DNA of 64,000 bases from Candidatus Omnitrophota bacterium (GCA_029261065.1 JAJDCB010000026.1:82715-146714); one strand, 5' to 3'; positions 51,636 to 62,310 are shown, counted from the first letter of the stretch. Program-made: numbers and translations. Notes: generated by a model not told the origin, from the sequence alone.

Positions 51636-51739
51636 ACTATTATCCCTATTTTTATACATTTTTACTCTATACTGTGGAGTAAATTACCCGCATTTATTGG
51701 ATTTATACGCAATTTCGCACATAAAAAAGGTGAATTAAC

Positions 51740-52204
51740 ATGAGAAATCAAAAAATCACAATTTCCGTTATCGGTGGCCATGAAACATCTCACGATGTGG
51801 AGCAAATAGCCCACGCTATAGGAGGGATTATTGCAAAAAATGGAGCAATACTTATATGCGGAGGCCTGGATGGAGTTATGAAGGCCGCTTCTAAGGGCGC
51901 AAAGGAAGCTGGCGGGATGACAATAGGACTTTTGCCGGGTAAGGATAAGGCTGATGCAAATGAATACATTGATGTCGCTATATGCACAACAATTGGTTTT
52001 GCCAGAAACGCCATGGTCGCCGCTTCAGCTGACATTATTGTGGCTTTGCCTGGAAGTCATGGGACATCTTGCGAGATTTCGTATGGATTTGTGTATAAAA
52101 GACCGATTATTGATTTTGGTGGGTGGAATAGAGAGGGAATGATTAAAGTAGAGAATGTAGATGAGCTGGAGAAGAGGATTGTTGAGTTGATGGCAAAGAT
52201 GTAG
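51740..52204 (+). CDS. LOG/TIGR00725-family Rossmann-fold protein (SLOG)
   Basis: ISVIGGHE...ILICGGLDGVMKAASKGAKEAGGMTIGLLPG is typical of TIGR00725/LOG-like proteins. Confidence 0.7.
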   Translation: MRNQKITISVIGGHETSHDVEQIAHAIGGIIAKNGAILICGGLDGVMKAASKGAKEAGGMTIGLLPGKDKADANEYIDVAICTTIGFARNAMVAASADIIVALPGSHGTSCEISYGFVYKRPIIDFGGWNREGMIKVENVDELEKRIVELMAKM

Positions 52205-52240
52205 GTTTGTCGTATCCGAAACTCTGTTATCCCGGCCCCA

Positions 52241-52268
52241 CATGTCATTCCGAAAGCGGGAAACCATT
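52241..52268. repeat. Solo family-A palindromic unit
   Basis: gtcattccgaaagcgggaaacc, just upstream of the fpg start. Confidence 0.5.
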
Positions 52269-52292
52269 GGAAGAAAAATTAAGACTATTACA

Positions 52293-53138
52293 ATGCCAGA
52301 ACTCCCTGAAGTTGAGACTATCAAACGCGACCTTGAAAAACGAATCATCGGTTTGACCATTGAAGAGGTCATCATCGCCGATATGCGCGTTGTAAAAGAT
52401 TTATCTAAGAACGTTTTTGTTAAGCGGACCAAGGGAAAAATTATTAAAGATGTGACAAGGCGAGCTAAGGCCCTGGTCATTTCATTTGAACCGCAAGGTT
52501 TTTTGATAGTGCAACTTCGTATGACAGGACAATTGATTTATGAAAGTAAGTCGTCAGTCAGTAAGCAATCATCTGTAAGAAAAGTTACCTTTAAGCTTTC
52601 CGATGGCTCGTCTCTCTACTATAATGACCAAAGAACATTGGGGTGGTTGATATACGCGAAGAGTTTGGAAGATGATTCGTATCTTAATCAAGTTGGTCCC
52701 GAACCATTAGGAGATGATTTTACTAAAAAATGGTTGGCCAGCCAATTAAAGCGTCGCACAGCTCCAATAAAAACATTATTAATGAATCAAAATTTTTTGG
52801 CAGGCATTGGAAATATTTATGCATCAGAAATTTTATTTGATGCAGGCATTCATCCAGAACGACTTTCAAAAAATTTACATTTAAATGAAGTTAATCAACT
52901 TCATAAATCGATTCGATCTATTTTAAATAAAGCCATTAAAGCTCGGGGAACTTCGATGCGAGATTATCGGGATTCTTCAGGTGAAAAGGGGAAGTTTTTA
53001 AATAGGATCAAGGTTTATGGACGAGATCAGGAAGAATGTTTTGTGTGTCATTCAGAAATTAAGCGTATCGTACAAGCTGGGCGCAGCACATTTTTTTGTG
53101 AAAACTGCCAGATACGTGTAGGGAACGGGAAGCAGTGA
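52293..53138 (+). CDS. mutM: Formamidopyrimidine-DNA glycosylase
   Basis: MPELPEVE N-terminus (catalytic Pro2), an H2TH domain and a C-terminal CxxC...CxxC zinc finger. The ORF-track start at 52242 reads through a repeat. Confidence 0.88.
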   Translation: MPELPEVETIKRDLEKRIIGLTIEEVIIADMRVVKDLSKNVFVKRTKGKIIKDVTRRAKALVISFEPQGFLIVQLRMTGQLIYESKSSVSKQSSVRKVTFKLSDGSSLYYNDQRTLGWLIYAKSLEDDSYLNQVGPEPLGDDFTKKWLASQLKRRTAPIKTLLMNQNFLAGIGNIYASEILFDAGIHPERLSKNLHLNEVNQLHKSIRSILNKAIKARGTSMRDYRDSSGEKGKFLNRIKVYGRDQEECFVCHSEIKRIVQAGRSTFFCENCQIRVGNGKQ

Positions 53139-53268
53139 TAAAGTGGTAGAGTGATATAGGAAGGTGAGAAGAAAATTGGTGATAGATAAAAGATCTTCCC
53201 AATAGATAAAAACCTATCACTAACTTCCCTTTTAATACGCGACACCCCTTTACCACTCTATCACTTAA
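53134..53268. repeat. Family-C inverted-repeat element
   Basis: Left arm cagtgataaagtggtagagtgatatagg and right arm ccctttaccactctatcacttaa. The internal gatcttcccaatagat is the reverse complement of the loop of the 48497 copy. The left arm overlaps the fpg stop codon. Confidence 0.6.
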
Positions 53269-53283
53269 TAAATAAACTAAACC

Positions 53284-53958
53284 ATGAAGCCAAGAATCAA
53301 AGTAGACAGTTCAATTTTAATTATCATCATTATTGCAACGACATTTTTGTTCTTGTTAAGAAAGTTGTATGTCGTCACGCCATTAATGGATAATGTGCTC
53401 GATGTTTATGGGTTGATGCTTATTTTAAAGGGAAATTTATTAAGGATGTCGGCACGTGGACATAAGAAGCTAAATTCTCAAAAAAGTCATAGCCTTGTGA
53501 CAACAGGACCATATTCTTTAGTTCGCAACCCTATGTATTTAGGAAGTTTCACCATGGGTGCTGGTTTTGTTTTGATTGTTTGGCCTTGGTGGAGTTTGCC
53601 GATTTTTGGTTATTTGTTTTATTTAAGATTTCGTATTCAGGTTGAAAAAGAAGAAAGGTTTTTAACCGATCAGTTTGGAGAGGAATATACACAGTATTGT
53701 GAAAAAACACCCCGCGCTTTTCCTTCGATTAAAAAAGCATGGGCTATGAAAACCAAAGACATTTATAATCTTGATGAAGCTTTTAACACGAAAGAAAAGT
53801 TAGGCGTTTGGTTATGGCCCATTCTCGCTATTCTATTAGAATTTTTACAAGCCAAATTAGTGTTCGGTCATGTCGAAGTTGTTGCGACAATAGTGATGTT
53901 TGTTGTGACATTTCTAGCCTTCGGACTATTGTTCGGTTTGTTTTATAAATTAAGATAA
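53284..53958 (+). CDS. Isoprenylcysteine carboxyl methyltransferase (ICMT/PEMT) family membrane methyltransferase
   Basis: LVTTGPYSLVRNPMYLG signature. Multiple TM helices. Confidence 0.7.
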   Translation: MKPRIKVDSSILIIIIIATTFLFLLRKLYVVTPLMDNVLDVYGLMLILKGNLLRMSARGHKKLNSQKSHSLVTTGPYSLVRNPMYLGSFTMGAGFVLIVWPWWSLPIFGYLFYLRFRIQVEKEERFLTDQFGEEYTQYCEKTPRAFPSIKKAWAMKTKDIYNLDEAFNTKEKLGVWLWPILAILLEFLQAKLVFGHVEVVATIVMFVVTFLAFGLLFGLFYKLR

Positions 53959-53963
53959 ATATA

Positions 53964-54737
53964 ATGCCTGCATTACAAAATATTTTTAAAGTTGCTTCAA
54001 ACGACAAATTATCCCCGCGTTTTCATCGCCTTTGTATTAAATCCAAGCCTTTAATCAAAGATGTAAAACCTGGACAGTTTGTTCACCTACGCGTAAGGGA
54101 TGGCTTGGAACCTTTCTTCCGACGACCATTTAGCGTTTATCGTAATAAAAAACATCTTGAAGTTTTTTACGAACCTATTGGGCCTGGAACAGAGTTGATG
54201 AGTCAACTGAGAGAGGGTGATGATATTGATGTCTTGGGGCCTGTTGGAACACCTTTCTCTATGCCAGGAAAAAACATTAAACAAGTTGTTATGATTGCTG
54301 GCGGTATTGGTATTGCTCCTTTTCTAATGTTGTCGGATGTTTTAAAAAGAAGAAATCTTGATTTGGTTTTACTTTATGGTGGTCGCACGATGGGCCATGT
54401 GTATCCTATGAAGGAATTTAAAGAGAATGGGTGTAAAATTTTTGTAGCAACAGATGATGGAAGTGTCGGTGCTAAAGGGCGTGTCTCAAAATTGTTTTCG
54501 AAAATTAATAAGGATCCGAAAACAACAATGCTTTATACGTGTGGTCCAAATCCTATGATGGCTGCTGTTCAGGCGTTTGCAAAAAAATATCATTTAAAAG
54601 GTGAAGTTGCTTGTGAAGAAGTTATGGCCTGCGCATTGGGTGCTTGTTTGGGATGTTCTATCCGAACAACGTCTGGTTTTAAGACGGTTTGTTATGATGG
54701 TCCTGTTTTTGATTTAGATGAAGTTATTTTCGATTAA
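53964..54737 (+). CDS. pyrK: Dihydroorotate dehydrogenase electron-transfer subunit
   Basis: FAD/NAD-binding ferredoxin-reductase fold with a C-terminal 2Fe-2S Cys cluster (CALGACLGCSIRT...C). Confidence 0.85.
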   Translation: MPALQNIFKVASNDKLSPRFHRLCIKSKPLIKDVKPGQFVHLRVRDGLEPFFRRPFSVYRNKKHLEVFYEPIGPGTELMSQLREGDDIDVLGPVGTPFSMPGKNIKQVVMIAGGIGIAPFLMLSDVLKRRNLDLVLLYGGRTMGHVYPMKEFKENGCKIFVATDDGSVGAKGRVSKLFSKINKDPKTTMLYTCGPNPMMAAVQAFAKKYHLKGEVACEEVMACALGACLGCSIRTTSGFKTVCYDGPVFDLDEVIFD

Positions 54738-55114
54738 TGCGCGGGAGGAAGAATATGATCATTCTTCAATACATGCTGTTAGGTTTGTCTGCTGGTTTTG
54801 TTGGCGGGGCTCTTGGACTTGGTGGAGGAGCTATTATGGTTCCGATTATGGTGATGTTTTTTGGACTCACGCAACATCAAGCTCAAGGCACTGCGTTGGC
54901 AGTTATGTTGCCGCCCGTTTTTATTCTTGCTGTTATGCGTTATTATTCAGCTGGAAATGTAAAGGTGCAGATGGCGATATTTATTGCGTGTGGATTTGTC
55001 CTTGGGGCGTTAATTGGAGCTCATAGCGTTCAGAATATTCCATCGGCGGGGTTGAAGAAGATTTTTGGAGGGTTTTTGATTTTAATTGGGATGAAGATGT
55101 TTTTGGGGCGGTAA
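54737..55114 (+). CDS. Half-size TSUP (TauE/SafE, DUF81) membrane protein, four TM helices
   Basis: The Gly-rich TM helices (GFVGGALGLGGGAIMVPIMVMFFGL) are typical of one TSUP repeat. The start may be the Met at 54755. It is inserted between pyrK and pyrD. Confidence 0.55.
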   Translation: MRGRKNMIILQYMLLGLSAGFVGGALGLGGGAIMVPIMVMFFGLTQHQAQGTALAVMLPPVFILAVMRYYSAGNVKVQMAIFIACGFVLGALIGAHSVQNIPSAGLKKIFGGFLILIGMKMFLGR

Positions 55115-55147
55115 TGATTGAATGCTAAAGAGATAGAGTGATAAAAA

Positions 55148-56053
55148 ATGAAAATATCGGTTAAAATTGGTAAGGCTGTTTTTAAGAATCCGGTGACGAT
55201 TGCATCGGGGACGTTTGCGCATGCAGAGAAATATTATAATTTAGAAGAGGTGAAAAAATTAGGATCACTTATTCCAAAGACGGTTACTCTGCGCGCGCAA
55301 GAGGGGAATCCGCCTCCAAGAATTATTGAAACACCATCAGGGATGTTAAACGCCATTGGGATTGAGAATCCGGGTATTGATACTTTTATTGAAAATAAAA
55401 TACCTTCACTTCAAAAAATTGGTATTCCTCTTATCCTTAGTATTCTTGGCCATACCGATAAAGAGTTTATACAGATTGTAGAGAAACTTAATCAAGTAAA
55501 AAACATCAGTGCGATAGAATTAAATTTATCTTGTCCCAATTTAAAACATAAAACACTTGTGGCCCAAAGCGAGAAGGCAACGGCACGATTAGTGCGTTCT
55601 GTTAAAAAGATAAGTAAGGTTCCTGTTATTGCAAAGCTTTCTCCCAATGTGACCGATATCTCCTCAATTGCAAAGGCCGCAGAAGGTGCCGGGGCTGATG
55701 CTGTCAGTTTGATTAACACATTGACCGCGATGGTGATCAATACAAAGACAAGAAAATCTGCACTGGGAAATTTTACAGGCGGTTTAAGTGGTCCAGCCAT
55801 AAGACCTGTAGCTGTTCACATGGTTTACAGAGTTGCCCAACGCGTTAAGATTCCTATTATTGCTATGGGAGGGATTATGACGGCGGATGATGCCTTGCAG
55901 TATATTTTGGCTGGTGCTAGTTTTGTGGCTGTTGGCACAGCTAATTTTGTAAATCCTCGCGCACCATTAGATGTTTTAGAAGGGATCAAGGCGTATATGC
56001 GAAAGAATAAAATAAAAGATATTCGACATTTAATTGGAAAGGTAGAGTCTTAA
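55148..56053 (+). CDS. pyrD: Dihydroorotate dehydrogenase catalytic subunit (class 1B)
   Basis: FKNPV..ASG N-terminus and the conserved active-site region LSCPN. Confidence 0.9.
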   Translation: MKISVKIGKAVFKNPVTIASGTFAHAEKYYNLEEVKKLGSLIPKTVTLRAQEGNPPPRIIETPSGMLNAIGIENPGIDTFIENKIPSLQKIGIPLILSILGHTDKEFIQIVEKLNQVKNISAIELNLSCPNLKHKTLVAQSEKATARLVRSVKKISKVPVIAKLSPNVTDISSIAKAAEGAGADAVSLINTLTAMVINTKTRKSALGNFTGGLSGPAIRPVAVHMVYRVAQRVKIPIIAMGGIMTADDALQYILAGASFVAVGTANFVNPRAPLDVLEGIKAYMRKNKIKDIRHLIGKVES

Positions 56054-56055
56054 TC

Positions 56056-56820
56056 ATGAGTGCAGAATGTACGAATCCTTTAATTGTGGCTTTAGATGTC
56101 CCTACGTTTGAACAGGCTAAGGCTATTGTTGATTCTTTGGGAGATGTTGTTGATATCTATAAGGTAGGTAGTCAATTATTTACTGCGTGTGGCCCTGTGG
56201 TTGTTCGTCATTTATTTGCCCAAGGAAAAAAGGTTTTCCTAGATTTAAAATTTCACGACATTCCAAATACCGTGGCCAATGCCGTTGATTCAGCTGTCGG
56301 TCTTGGTGCTTCTGTTCATGAAATATTAGATGAAAATCCTCAAAAAGAGCATGAAAATAAGGGCTTATTTATGTGCACTGTGCACACGATCGGTGGTGAG
56401 GAGATGCTCATCCGTGCTGTTGAATCAGCAACACAAAAGGCTGCAGCCATTAAACTTAAAGCACCTTTAATAATTGGCATTACCATCTTGACAAGCGATG
56501 CGATACGGGATAACATACAAACAATCGTTTTAGAAAGAGCAAAATTAGCCAAAAAATGCGGGTTAGATGGTGTTGTTGCCTCCAGTTTGGAGGCTTCTAT
56601 GATTCGTCAAGAGATGGGTGAGGATTTTGTTATTGTGACACCTGGTATTCGTCCCGAAGATTCTGATGTTGGTGATCAAAAGCGTGTTACAACACCTTCT
56701 TTGGCGATTACAAATGGCAGTAATTATTTAGTTGTTGGTCGACCTATTGTTAAAGCAGAACATCCACGTGAAGCGGCGATAAAGATATTAGAAGAAATTA
56801 ATTCTGTTTCTAAGGGGTAA
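56056..56820 (+). CDS. pyrF: Orotidine-5'-phosphate decarboxylase
   Basis: LIVALDV...DIYKVG and further conserved OMPDC motifs. Confidence 0.88.
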   Translation: MSAECTNPLIVALDVPTFEQAKAIVDSLGDVVDIYKVGSQLFTACGPVVVRHLFAQGKKVFLDLKFHDIPNTVANAVDSAVGLGASVHEILDENPQKEHENKGLFMCTVHTIGGEEMLIRAVESATQKAAAIKLKAPLIIGITILTSDAIRDNIQTIVLERAKLAKKCGLDGVVASSLEASMIRQEMGEDFVIVTPGIRPEDSDVGDQKRVTTPSLAITNGSNYLVVGRPIVKAEHPREAAIKILEEINSVSKG

Positions 56821-56868
56821 CATTCGTGTTATACCCCATCGACATTATTGAAAAGATAGGAGAAAACA

Positions 56869-57498
56869 ATGTCTCAACAAGTTCAAGAGCTTATTGATAA
56901 AATTAAATCAGAAGGTGTCCAAGAAGCTCAGCAGCAAGCCCAAGAAATTGAAAAGAAGGCACAACAGCAATCAAGTACTATTATTAATGATGCCAAGAAC
57001 CAAGCTGAAAAACTTATTATCGAGGCCAAAGAAGAAGTAAAAAAACTGCAAGAATCTACCCACATGGCTCTTAAACAATCTTCACGAGACACTCTTCTTT
57101 CATTAAGAAAACAAATTGATCAAACACTTCAAAAAATTATTCAAACTCAAGTTAGCGACTCTCTATCGGCAGACACTCTTTCCAGTATTATTGCAGATGT
57201 CATTAAAAAATTCATTGAGACCAAAGATGAAAAAATTGATATTCATTTAGCTGTTAGTGCTAAAGAAATAGAAAAGCTAAAAGGTGGTGCTATAGCCAAG
57301 TTACAAAAACAAATTAAGTCACCATTTAAAATGGAAAGCTCTTCTAATATTGGAAAAGGTTTTATTATCAGTTTTGATGGAGGTAAGTCCTGTTTTGATT
57401 TTACCGACGAGAGTTTGGCAGAGTACTTAGGTGCTTTTCTTAATTCACAAATCTCCGCATTAGTCTTAGAAGCATCGACGCAAACGGTTCCAGCATAA
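56869..57498 (+). CDS. atpE: V/A-type ATP synthase subunit E
   Basis: A long N-terminal coiled coil (QQQAQEIEKKAQQQ...AEKLIIEAKEE) plus a C-terminal globular domain. First gene of the V-ATPase operon. Confidence 0.75.
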   Translation: MSQQVQELIDKIKSEGVQEAQQQAQEIEKKAQQQSSTIINDAKNQAEKLIIEAKEEVKKLQESTHMALKQSSRDTLLSLRKQIDQTLQKIIQTQVSDSLSADTLSSIIADVIKKFIETKDEKIDIHLAVSAKEIEKLKGGAIAKLQKQIKSPFKMESSSNIGKGFIISFDGGKSCFDFTDESLAEYLGAFLNSQISALVLEASTQTVPA

Positions 57499-57564
57499 CG
57501 TTTAGTCAACATCGTTTTTATATTCAATTCAAATTTGTTTAAAAGATAACTAGATATTATTAAT

Positions 57565-58155
57565 ATGGGTAAAGAATATTATTATTTTGCTTCAAGTCTT
57601 CCGTCCATCTATTTTGACTCAGAACCTCCTATGAGTTGTGATGAGTACTTGAAGGAATGTGAGCGACATATTCCTGTGCGCGATTATCATTTTATGAAAA
57701 CGTTGTTTGGGGCAAAGGTTTTGGATTATGCCTTTTTACAAAAGTTGATTCGTGAAACGCGAGGGGAAATTAAATCTCATAACAAAGCATTTCAACAAGG
57801 TGTTTTGTTTAATCGAAGCTTTCGAAATGAAGTGGCTGCTTTTCGCGCGCAACGTTTGGGCAAGGATCCTAATAATTACATCAGAGGAGATCGTCATCCA
57901 AGCCTGAAGGTTTTGGAAGTAATCAATCAGGCTGATAAAGCTCCGGATTTGCTCGAAGGGGAGAAGATATTAGATAAATTTCGCTGGGAATTTTTTGACG
58001 AACTTCAATGTCAGCATTATTTTGATATTGAATACTTAACGATTTATGGGTTGAAATTACAAATTTTAGAAAAATATAAAGAAGTGCGATCCTCGAAGGG
58101 TGAAGAAATATTTGATGAATTTCAGAAAATGGATGTAAGTAGTATTATCAAATAG
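57565..58155 (+). CDS. Conserved hypothetical protein of V-ATPase operons (DUF2764-like)
   Basis: It lies between the E and A subunit genes. Chlamydia-type V-ATPase operons carry a hypothetical gene at the same position. Confidence 0.5.
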   Translation: MGKEYYYFASSLPSIYFDSEPPMSCDEYLKECERHIPVRDYHFMKTLFGAKVLDYAFLQKLIRETRGEIKSHNKAFQQGVLFNRSFRNEVAAFRAQRLGKDPNNYIRGDRHPSLKVLEVINQADKAPDLLEGEKILDKFRWEFFDELQCQHYFDIEYLTIYGLKLQILEKYKEVRSSKGEEIFDEFQKMDVSSIIK

Positions 58156-58241
58156 TTTTTAGAATTGTTTAAGTAGGCCGTCTTTAGGTTTTAAAGAATG
58201 AGCCTCGTCAGTATAAATGACGAATATAACAGGAGATCATC

Positions 58242-59987
58242 GTGGCAAAGTCAGCTCAAAGACTCGGAACTGTCGTCGGCGTAAATGGAAACATGGTTGC
58301 TGTTGAATTTAAAGAAAAGGTTATGCAGAATGAAGTAGCCTTTGTTATTGTTGGAGAAGAGACGCTTAAGGCTGAGGTTATTCGTGTCAAAGGAAATCGT
58401 GCCGACTTGCAGGTTTTTGAAGATACTTCAGGTGTAAAGATAGGCAATAGAGTTGAGTTTACTAATCAACTTTTAAGTGTTGAGCTGGCTCCAGGATTAT
58501 TAGGACAAATTTTTGATGGATTACAAAATCCTCTTCCTCAACTAGCCGAGCAACATGGCTTTTTTCTTAAACGAGGAGCGTATTTGTATCCTTTAGATAA
58601 GGAAAAAAAGTGGGAGTTTACACCTAAGGTTTCCGTTGGAGATAAATTGCGTGCGGGTGATACGATTGGTATTGTAAAAGAAAATATGTTCGATCATCGT
58701 ATTATGGCTCCTTTTGATTTGCAAGGTGAGGCTGAGGTGAAGAAGATAGCATCCGCAGGACAATATACCATTGTAGAAGTTATGGCCCAGTTAAAAACTG
58801 ATAATGGAAAGACATTGGATCAAACGATGGTTCAAACATGGCCAGTCAAGATTCCCATAAAAGCTTATACGCAAAAACTCAAACCTGTTGAACCTCTCGT
58901 TACTAAATTGAGGTTGATTGACACATTATGTCCTGTTTCTATTGGAGGGACATTTTGTACGCCCGGACCTTTTGGTGCCGGAAAAACGGTATTGCAACAT
59001 TTGTTAAGTCGTCACGCAGAAGTTGATGTTGTTATTGTTGCCGCGTGTGGGGAACGAGCTGGTGAGGTTGTTGAAATTTTAGAAGAGTTTCCTGAGCTGA
59101 TTGACCCGAAGACAAATAGAAGTTTGATGGAGCGTACAATTATTATTTGTAACACGAGTTCGATGCCAGTTGCCGCGCGGGAATCAAGTGTATATACAGC
59201 GGTGACATTAGCTGAATATTATCGTCAAATGGGTTTAAACGTTTTATTGCTGGCTGATTCAACATCACGTTGGGCGCAGGCGATGCGCGAGATGTCTGGT
59301 CGATTGGAAGAAATTCCGGGAGAAGAAGCTTTTCCTGCTTATCTGGAATCACGTATCGCTTCTTTTTATGAACGAGCAGGACTAATTCAATTAAGAGATG
59401 GGACGCAAGGATCTGTAACGATTGGTGGAGCCGTATCTCCTGCTGGGGGAAACTTTGAAGAACCTGTGACACAGGCGACGCTTAAGGTTGTCGGCGGGTT
59501 CTTGGGGCTTTCTGCAGCGAGGGCGAATGCGAGAAAATATCCTTCCATTGATCCGTTAGAAAGTTGGAGTAAGTATACAAGTTTTATTGATGCTGAGAAA
59601 ATACGTTTGGCTGTTGGGATGCTTCAAAAGAGTAATAGTGTGGGCCAAATGATGAAAGTTGTTGGTGAAGAAGGCACATCGACAGCAGAATTTATTGATT
59701 ATTTAAAAGGTGATTTCTTTGACTCTGTTTATCTTCAGCAAAATGCCTTTGATAAAACAGATGAAGCTTCTCCTGCGGATCGTCAGAAACATGTTTTTGG
59801 AATAGTTCATGAAATACTTGTTCAAGAGTTTGACTTTGAAGATAAAGCAAAAGCTCGACGGTTTTTTCAGGAATTGCGGCAAAATTTTATCAACTGGAAC
59901 TCCTCCGCTTGGGGCAGTGATGAGTTTTCAAGTGCAGAGAAACAAATTCGAGAAAAGATGGAAGCCAGTAAATTGGCAACCGTTTAA
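58242..59987 (+). CDS. atpA: V-type ATP synthase catalytic subunit A
   Basis: Walker A motif GPFGAGKT, and the non-homologous region insert typical of V/A-type A subunits. Confidence 0.93.
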   Translation: MAKSAQRLGTVVGVNGNMVAVEFKEKVMQNEVAFVIVGEETLKAEVIRVKGNRADLQVFEDTSGVKIGNRVEFTNQLLSVELAPGLLGQIFDGLQNPLPQLAEQHGFFLKRGAYLYPLDKEKKWEFTPKVSVGDKLRAGDTIGIVKENMFDHRIMAPFDLQGEAEVKKIASAGQYTIVEVMAQLKTDNGKTLDQTMVQTWPVKIPIKAYTQKLKPVEPLVTKLRLIDTLCPVSIGGTFCTPGPFGAGKTVLQHLLSRHAEVDVVIVAACGERAGEVVEILEEFPELIDPKTNRSLMERTIIICNTSSMPVAARESSVYTAVTLAEYYRQMGLNVLLLADSTSRWAQAMREMSGRLEEIPGEEAFPAYLESRIASFYERAGLIQLRDGTQGSVTIGGAVSPAGGNFEEPVTQATLKVVGGFLGLSAARANARKYPSIDPLESWSKYTSFIDAEKIRLAVGMLQKSNSVGQMMKVVGEEGTSTAEFIDYLKGDFFDSVYLQQNAFDKTDEASPADRQKHVFGIVHEILVQEFDFEDKAKARRFFQELRQNFINWNSSAWGSDEFSSAEKQIREKMEASKLATV

Positions 59988-60057
59988 TAAAGACTAACAT
60001 AAGGGCAGGGAAGTTTTTTGTCCGTAGACTAACGGGAAGGTATTTTTAAAAGAGCAA

Positions 60058-60205
60058 TGAAAGATACAAGTTACAAGACACAAGATACAAAAAAATATCA
60101 ATGTTCAATACCCAAACAAGCCACCATCAAAAAATTGTTTGGAATTTGTATTTTGGGTATTGTTTCTTTTTTGTATCTTGTGTCTTGTAACTTGGTTATT
60201 TTATA
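60058..60205. repeat. Family-B hairpin element
   Basis: aagatacaagttacaagacacaagatacaaaaaaatatcaatgttcaa ... ttgtattttgggtattgtttcttttttgtatcttgtgtcttgtaacttgg. About 85% identical to the 6237 copy. Confidence 0.6.
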
Positions 60206-60246
60206 GAGCTTTTGATAATACCAATGTGATTACGAGGATAAAAGAT

Positions 60247-61554
60247 ATGCAAAAAGTTTACAGTCAAATTATACAAATAGCGGGAGACGTTATTACAGTT
60301 GAGGCCGATGATATTGGATATAAAGAGTTGGCTGAGGTAACAACGGATAAAGGATCATCGTTAGCACAGGTTATTCGTTTGGATTCGGGCAAAGTTTCAC
60401 TTCAGGTTTTAGCAGGAAGCCGTGGGGTTTCTACTAATGATAAGGTTCGATTCCTAAAACATCCTATTCAAGTCTCTTGTTCAGAAAATTTACTTGGTCG
60501 TATTTTTACAGGAGGAGGAGATCCTCGTGATAATGGTCCAAGTTTGACGGATAACATGATTAATATTGGTGGCCCGTCGGTTAATCCTTCTAAAAGAATT
60601 GTCCCTAAAAATATGATTCGAACAGGATTGCCAATGATTGATATTTTTAATTCATTGGTTGAGTCTCAAAAGTTACCAATTTTTTCCATTGCGGGGGAGC
60701 CTTACAATGAACTTTTGGCACGTATCGCTATGCAAGCTGAAGTTGACATGATTATTTTAGGCGGTATGGGGCTTAAGTATGATGATTATTTATTTTTCCG
60801 CGATACGTTAGAACAACATGGGTCCCTTTCAAAATCAATTTTGTTTGTTCACACGGCATCAGACCCGACGGTAGAATGTCTTTTGGTTCCTGATATGTGT
60901 TTGGCTGTTGCTGAACAGTTTGCGTTGGAGGGAAAACGAGTTTTAGTATTATTAACGGATATGACCAACTTCGCTGATGCCCTTAAAGAGATTGCGATTA
61001 CGATGGAACAGATCCCTTCAAATAGAGGGTATCCGGGAGATCTTTATAGTCAGTTAGCCTCTCGGTATGAAAAGGCTGTTGACTTTGAAGGGGCAGGATC
61101 AATTACGTTGCTTGCTGTAACAACAATGCCAGGTGATGATGTAACTCATCCTGTTCCAGATAATACTGGATACATTACTGAGGGACAGTTTTATCTTCGT
61201 GGTGGACGTATTGAACCTTTTGGTTCTTTAAGTCGATTGAAACAACAAGTGAATGATACAACACGCGCCGATCATCGCACCATTATGGATCGTATGATTC
61301 AACTCTTTGCCGATTACCGTGAAACTCTGGAAAAACGATCCATGGGTTTTCAGATGAGTGATTGGGATGGAAAACTGTTGCGTTATGGAAAACGTTTTGA
61401 AGAAGAGTTGATGGATTTGGCTGTGAACATTCCTTTGGAACAAGCTTTAGATTTGGGTTGGTCAATTTTGGCCGATTGTTTTGAACCAGCGGAAACAGGA
61501 ATTAAAGATTCTCTTGTTAAAGAGTTTTGGCCCAAAGAGGCTACTGCGAGTTAA
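60247..61554 (+). CDS. atpB: V-type ATP synthase subunit B
   Basis: Non-catalytic nucleotide-binding fold. ATG at 60247 with an AGGA RBS. The ORF-track start at 60139 reads through repeat B. Confidence 0.9.
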   Translation: MQKVYSQIIQIAGDVITVEADDIGYKELAEVTTDKGSSLAQVIRLDSGKVSLQVLAGSRGVSTNDKVRFLKHPIQVSCSENLLGRIFTGGGDPRDNGPSLTDNMINIGGPSVNPSKRIVPKNMIRTGLPMIDIFNSLVESQKLPIFSIAGEPYNELLARIAMQAEVDMIILGGMGLKYDDYLFFRDTLEQHGSLSKSILFVHTASDPTVECLLVPDMCLAVAEQFALEGKRVLVLLTDMTNFADALKEIAITMEQIPSNRGYPGDLYSQLASRYEKAVDFEGAGSITLLAVTTMPGDDVTHPVPDNTGYITEGQFYLRGGRIEPFGSLSRLKQQVNDTTRADHRTIMDRMIQLFADYRETLEKRSMGFQMSDWDGKLLRYGKRFEEELMDLAVNIPLEQALDLGWSILADCFEPAETGIKDSLVKEFWPKEATAS

Positions 61555-61559
61555 TAATT

Positions 61560-62177
61560 ATGTCAAAGATAAAACTTACAAAAGGCGAGATGAAAAAGCA
61601 GCGGGATCAGCTGAAACAATTTCGCCGTTATTTGCCTACATTACAATTAAAGAAACAACAACTTCAGATGAAAATTCTTGAAGCTCGACGGACTTTGGCT
61701 GAACGTGAATCTGTCATGAATCAAAAGGCAAAAAATATTCAAAATTGGGTTGGTCTTCTAGCTGATCCTAGCATGGATTTACGCGAATGGATTACGCCAA
61801 CAGAGGTGTTAACAGAACCTATCAATGTCGCTGGTGCCAATTTGCCTATGTTTAAAGAAGTTATATTTAAACAAGCTGATTACGATTTATACTCGGCACC
61901 CTTTTGGGTGGATAAAGGAATTCTTGAAATACGTGATTATGTCGCGGCGAAGATTGAAGTTGAAATTGTAAAAAAACAAATAGCCCTTTTAGAAAAAGAA
62001 TTACGAACGACAACGCAGCGTGTGAATTTATTTGAAAAAATTAAAATTCCAGAGTGCATGGATAACATTAGAAAGATTGGTATTTATTTAGGTGATCAGC
62101 AAGCGAATGCGGTGGGGGTAAGTAAGGTAGCGAAGAAGAAGGTGGATGCAAAAAACTTGGAAGAAGTGTTGATATAA
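61560..62177 (+). CDS. atpD: V-type ATP synthase subunit D
   Basis: MSKIKLTKGEMKKQRDQLKQFRRYLPTLQLKKQQL is a typical D-subunit N-terminus. Start at the ATG at 61560. Confidence 0.85.
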   Translation: MSKIKLTKGEMKKQRDQLKQFRRYLPTLQLKKQQLQMKILEARRTLAERESVMNQKAKNIQNWVGLLADPSMDLREWITPTEVLTEPINVAGANLPMFKEVIFKQADYDLYSAPFWVDKGILEIRDYVAAKIEVEIVKKQIALLEKELRTTTQRVNLFEKIKIPECMDNIRKIGIYLGDQQANAVGVSKVAKKKVDAKNLEEVLI

Positions 62178-62310
62178 AGGTACAAGTTACAAGATACAAG
62201 TTACAAAAAATGATCAAACACCAAAATACATAATAATCAAACGTTTTGTTGTTTTGATTATTGTTCCTTGTAATTTATTGTACCTTGTATCTTGTAACTT
62301 GGTTATTTCT
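62178..62310. repeat. Family-B hairpin element
   Basis: aaggtacaagttacaagatacaagttacaaaaaa ... ttgtaccttgtatcttgtaacttggttatttct. Confidence 0.6.

Noticed and set aside
54718-55026. Alternative-frame ORF overlapping the TSUP gene.
   Set aside because: It is Trp/Cys/Ser-rich and has no TM pattern. The 54737 frame gives coherent Gly-rich TM helices typical of DUF81.
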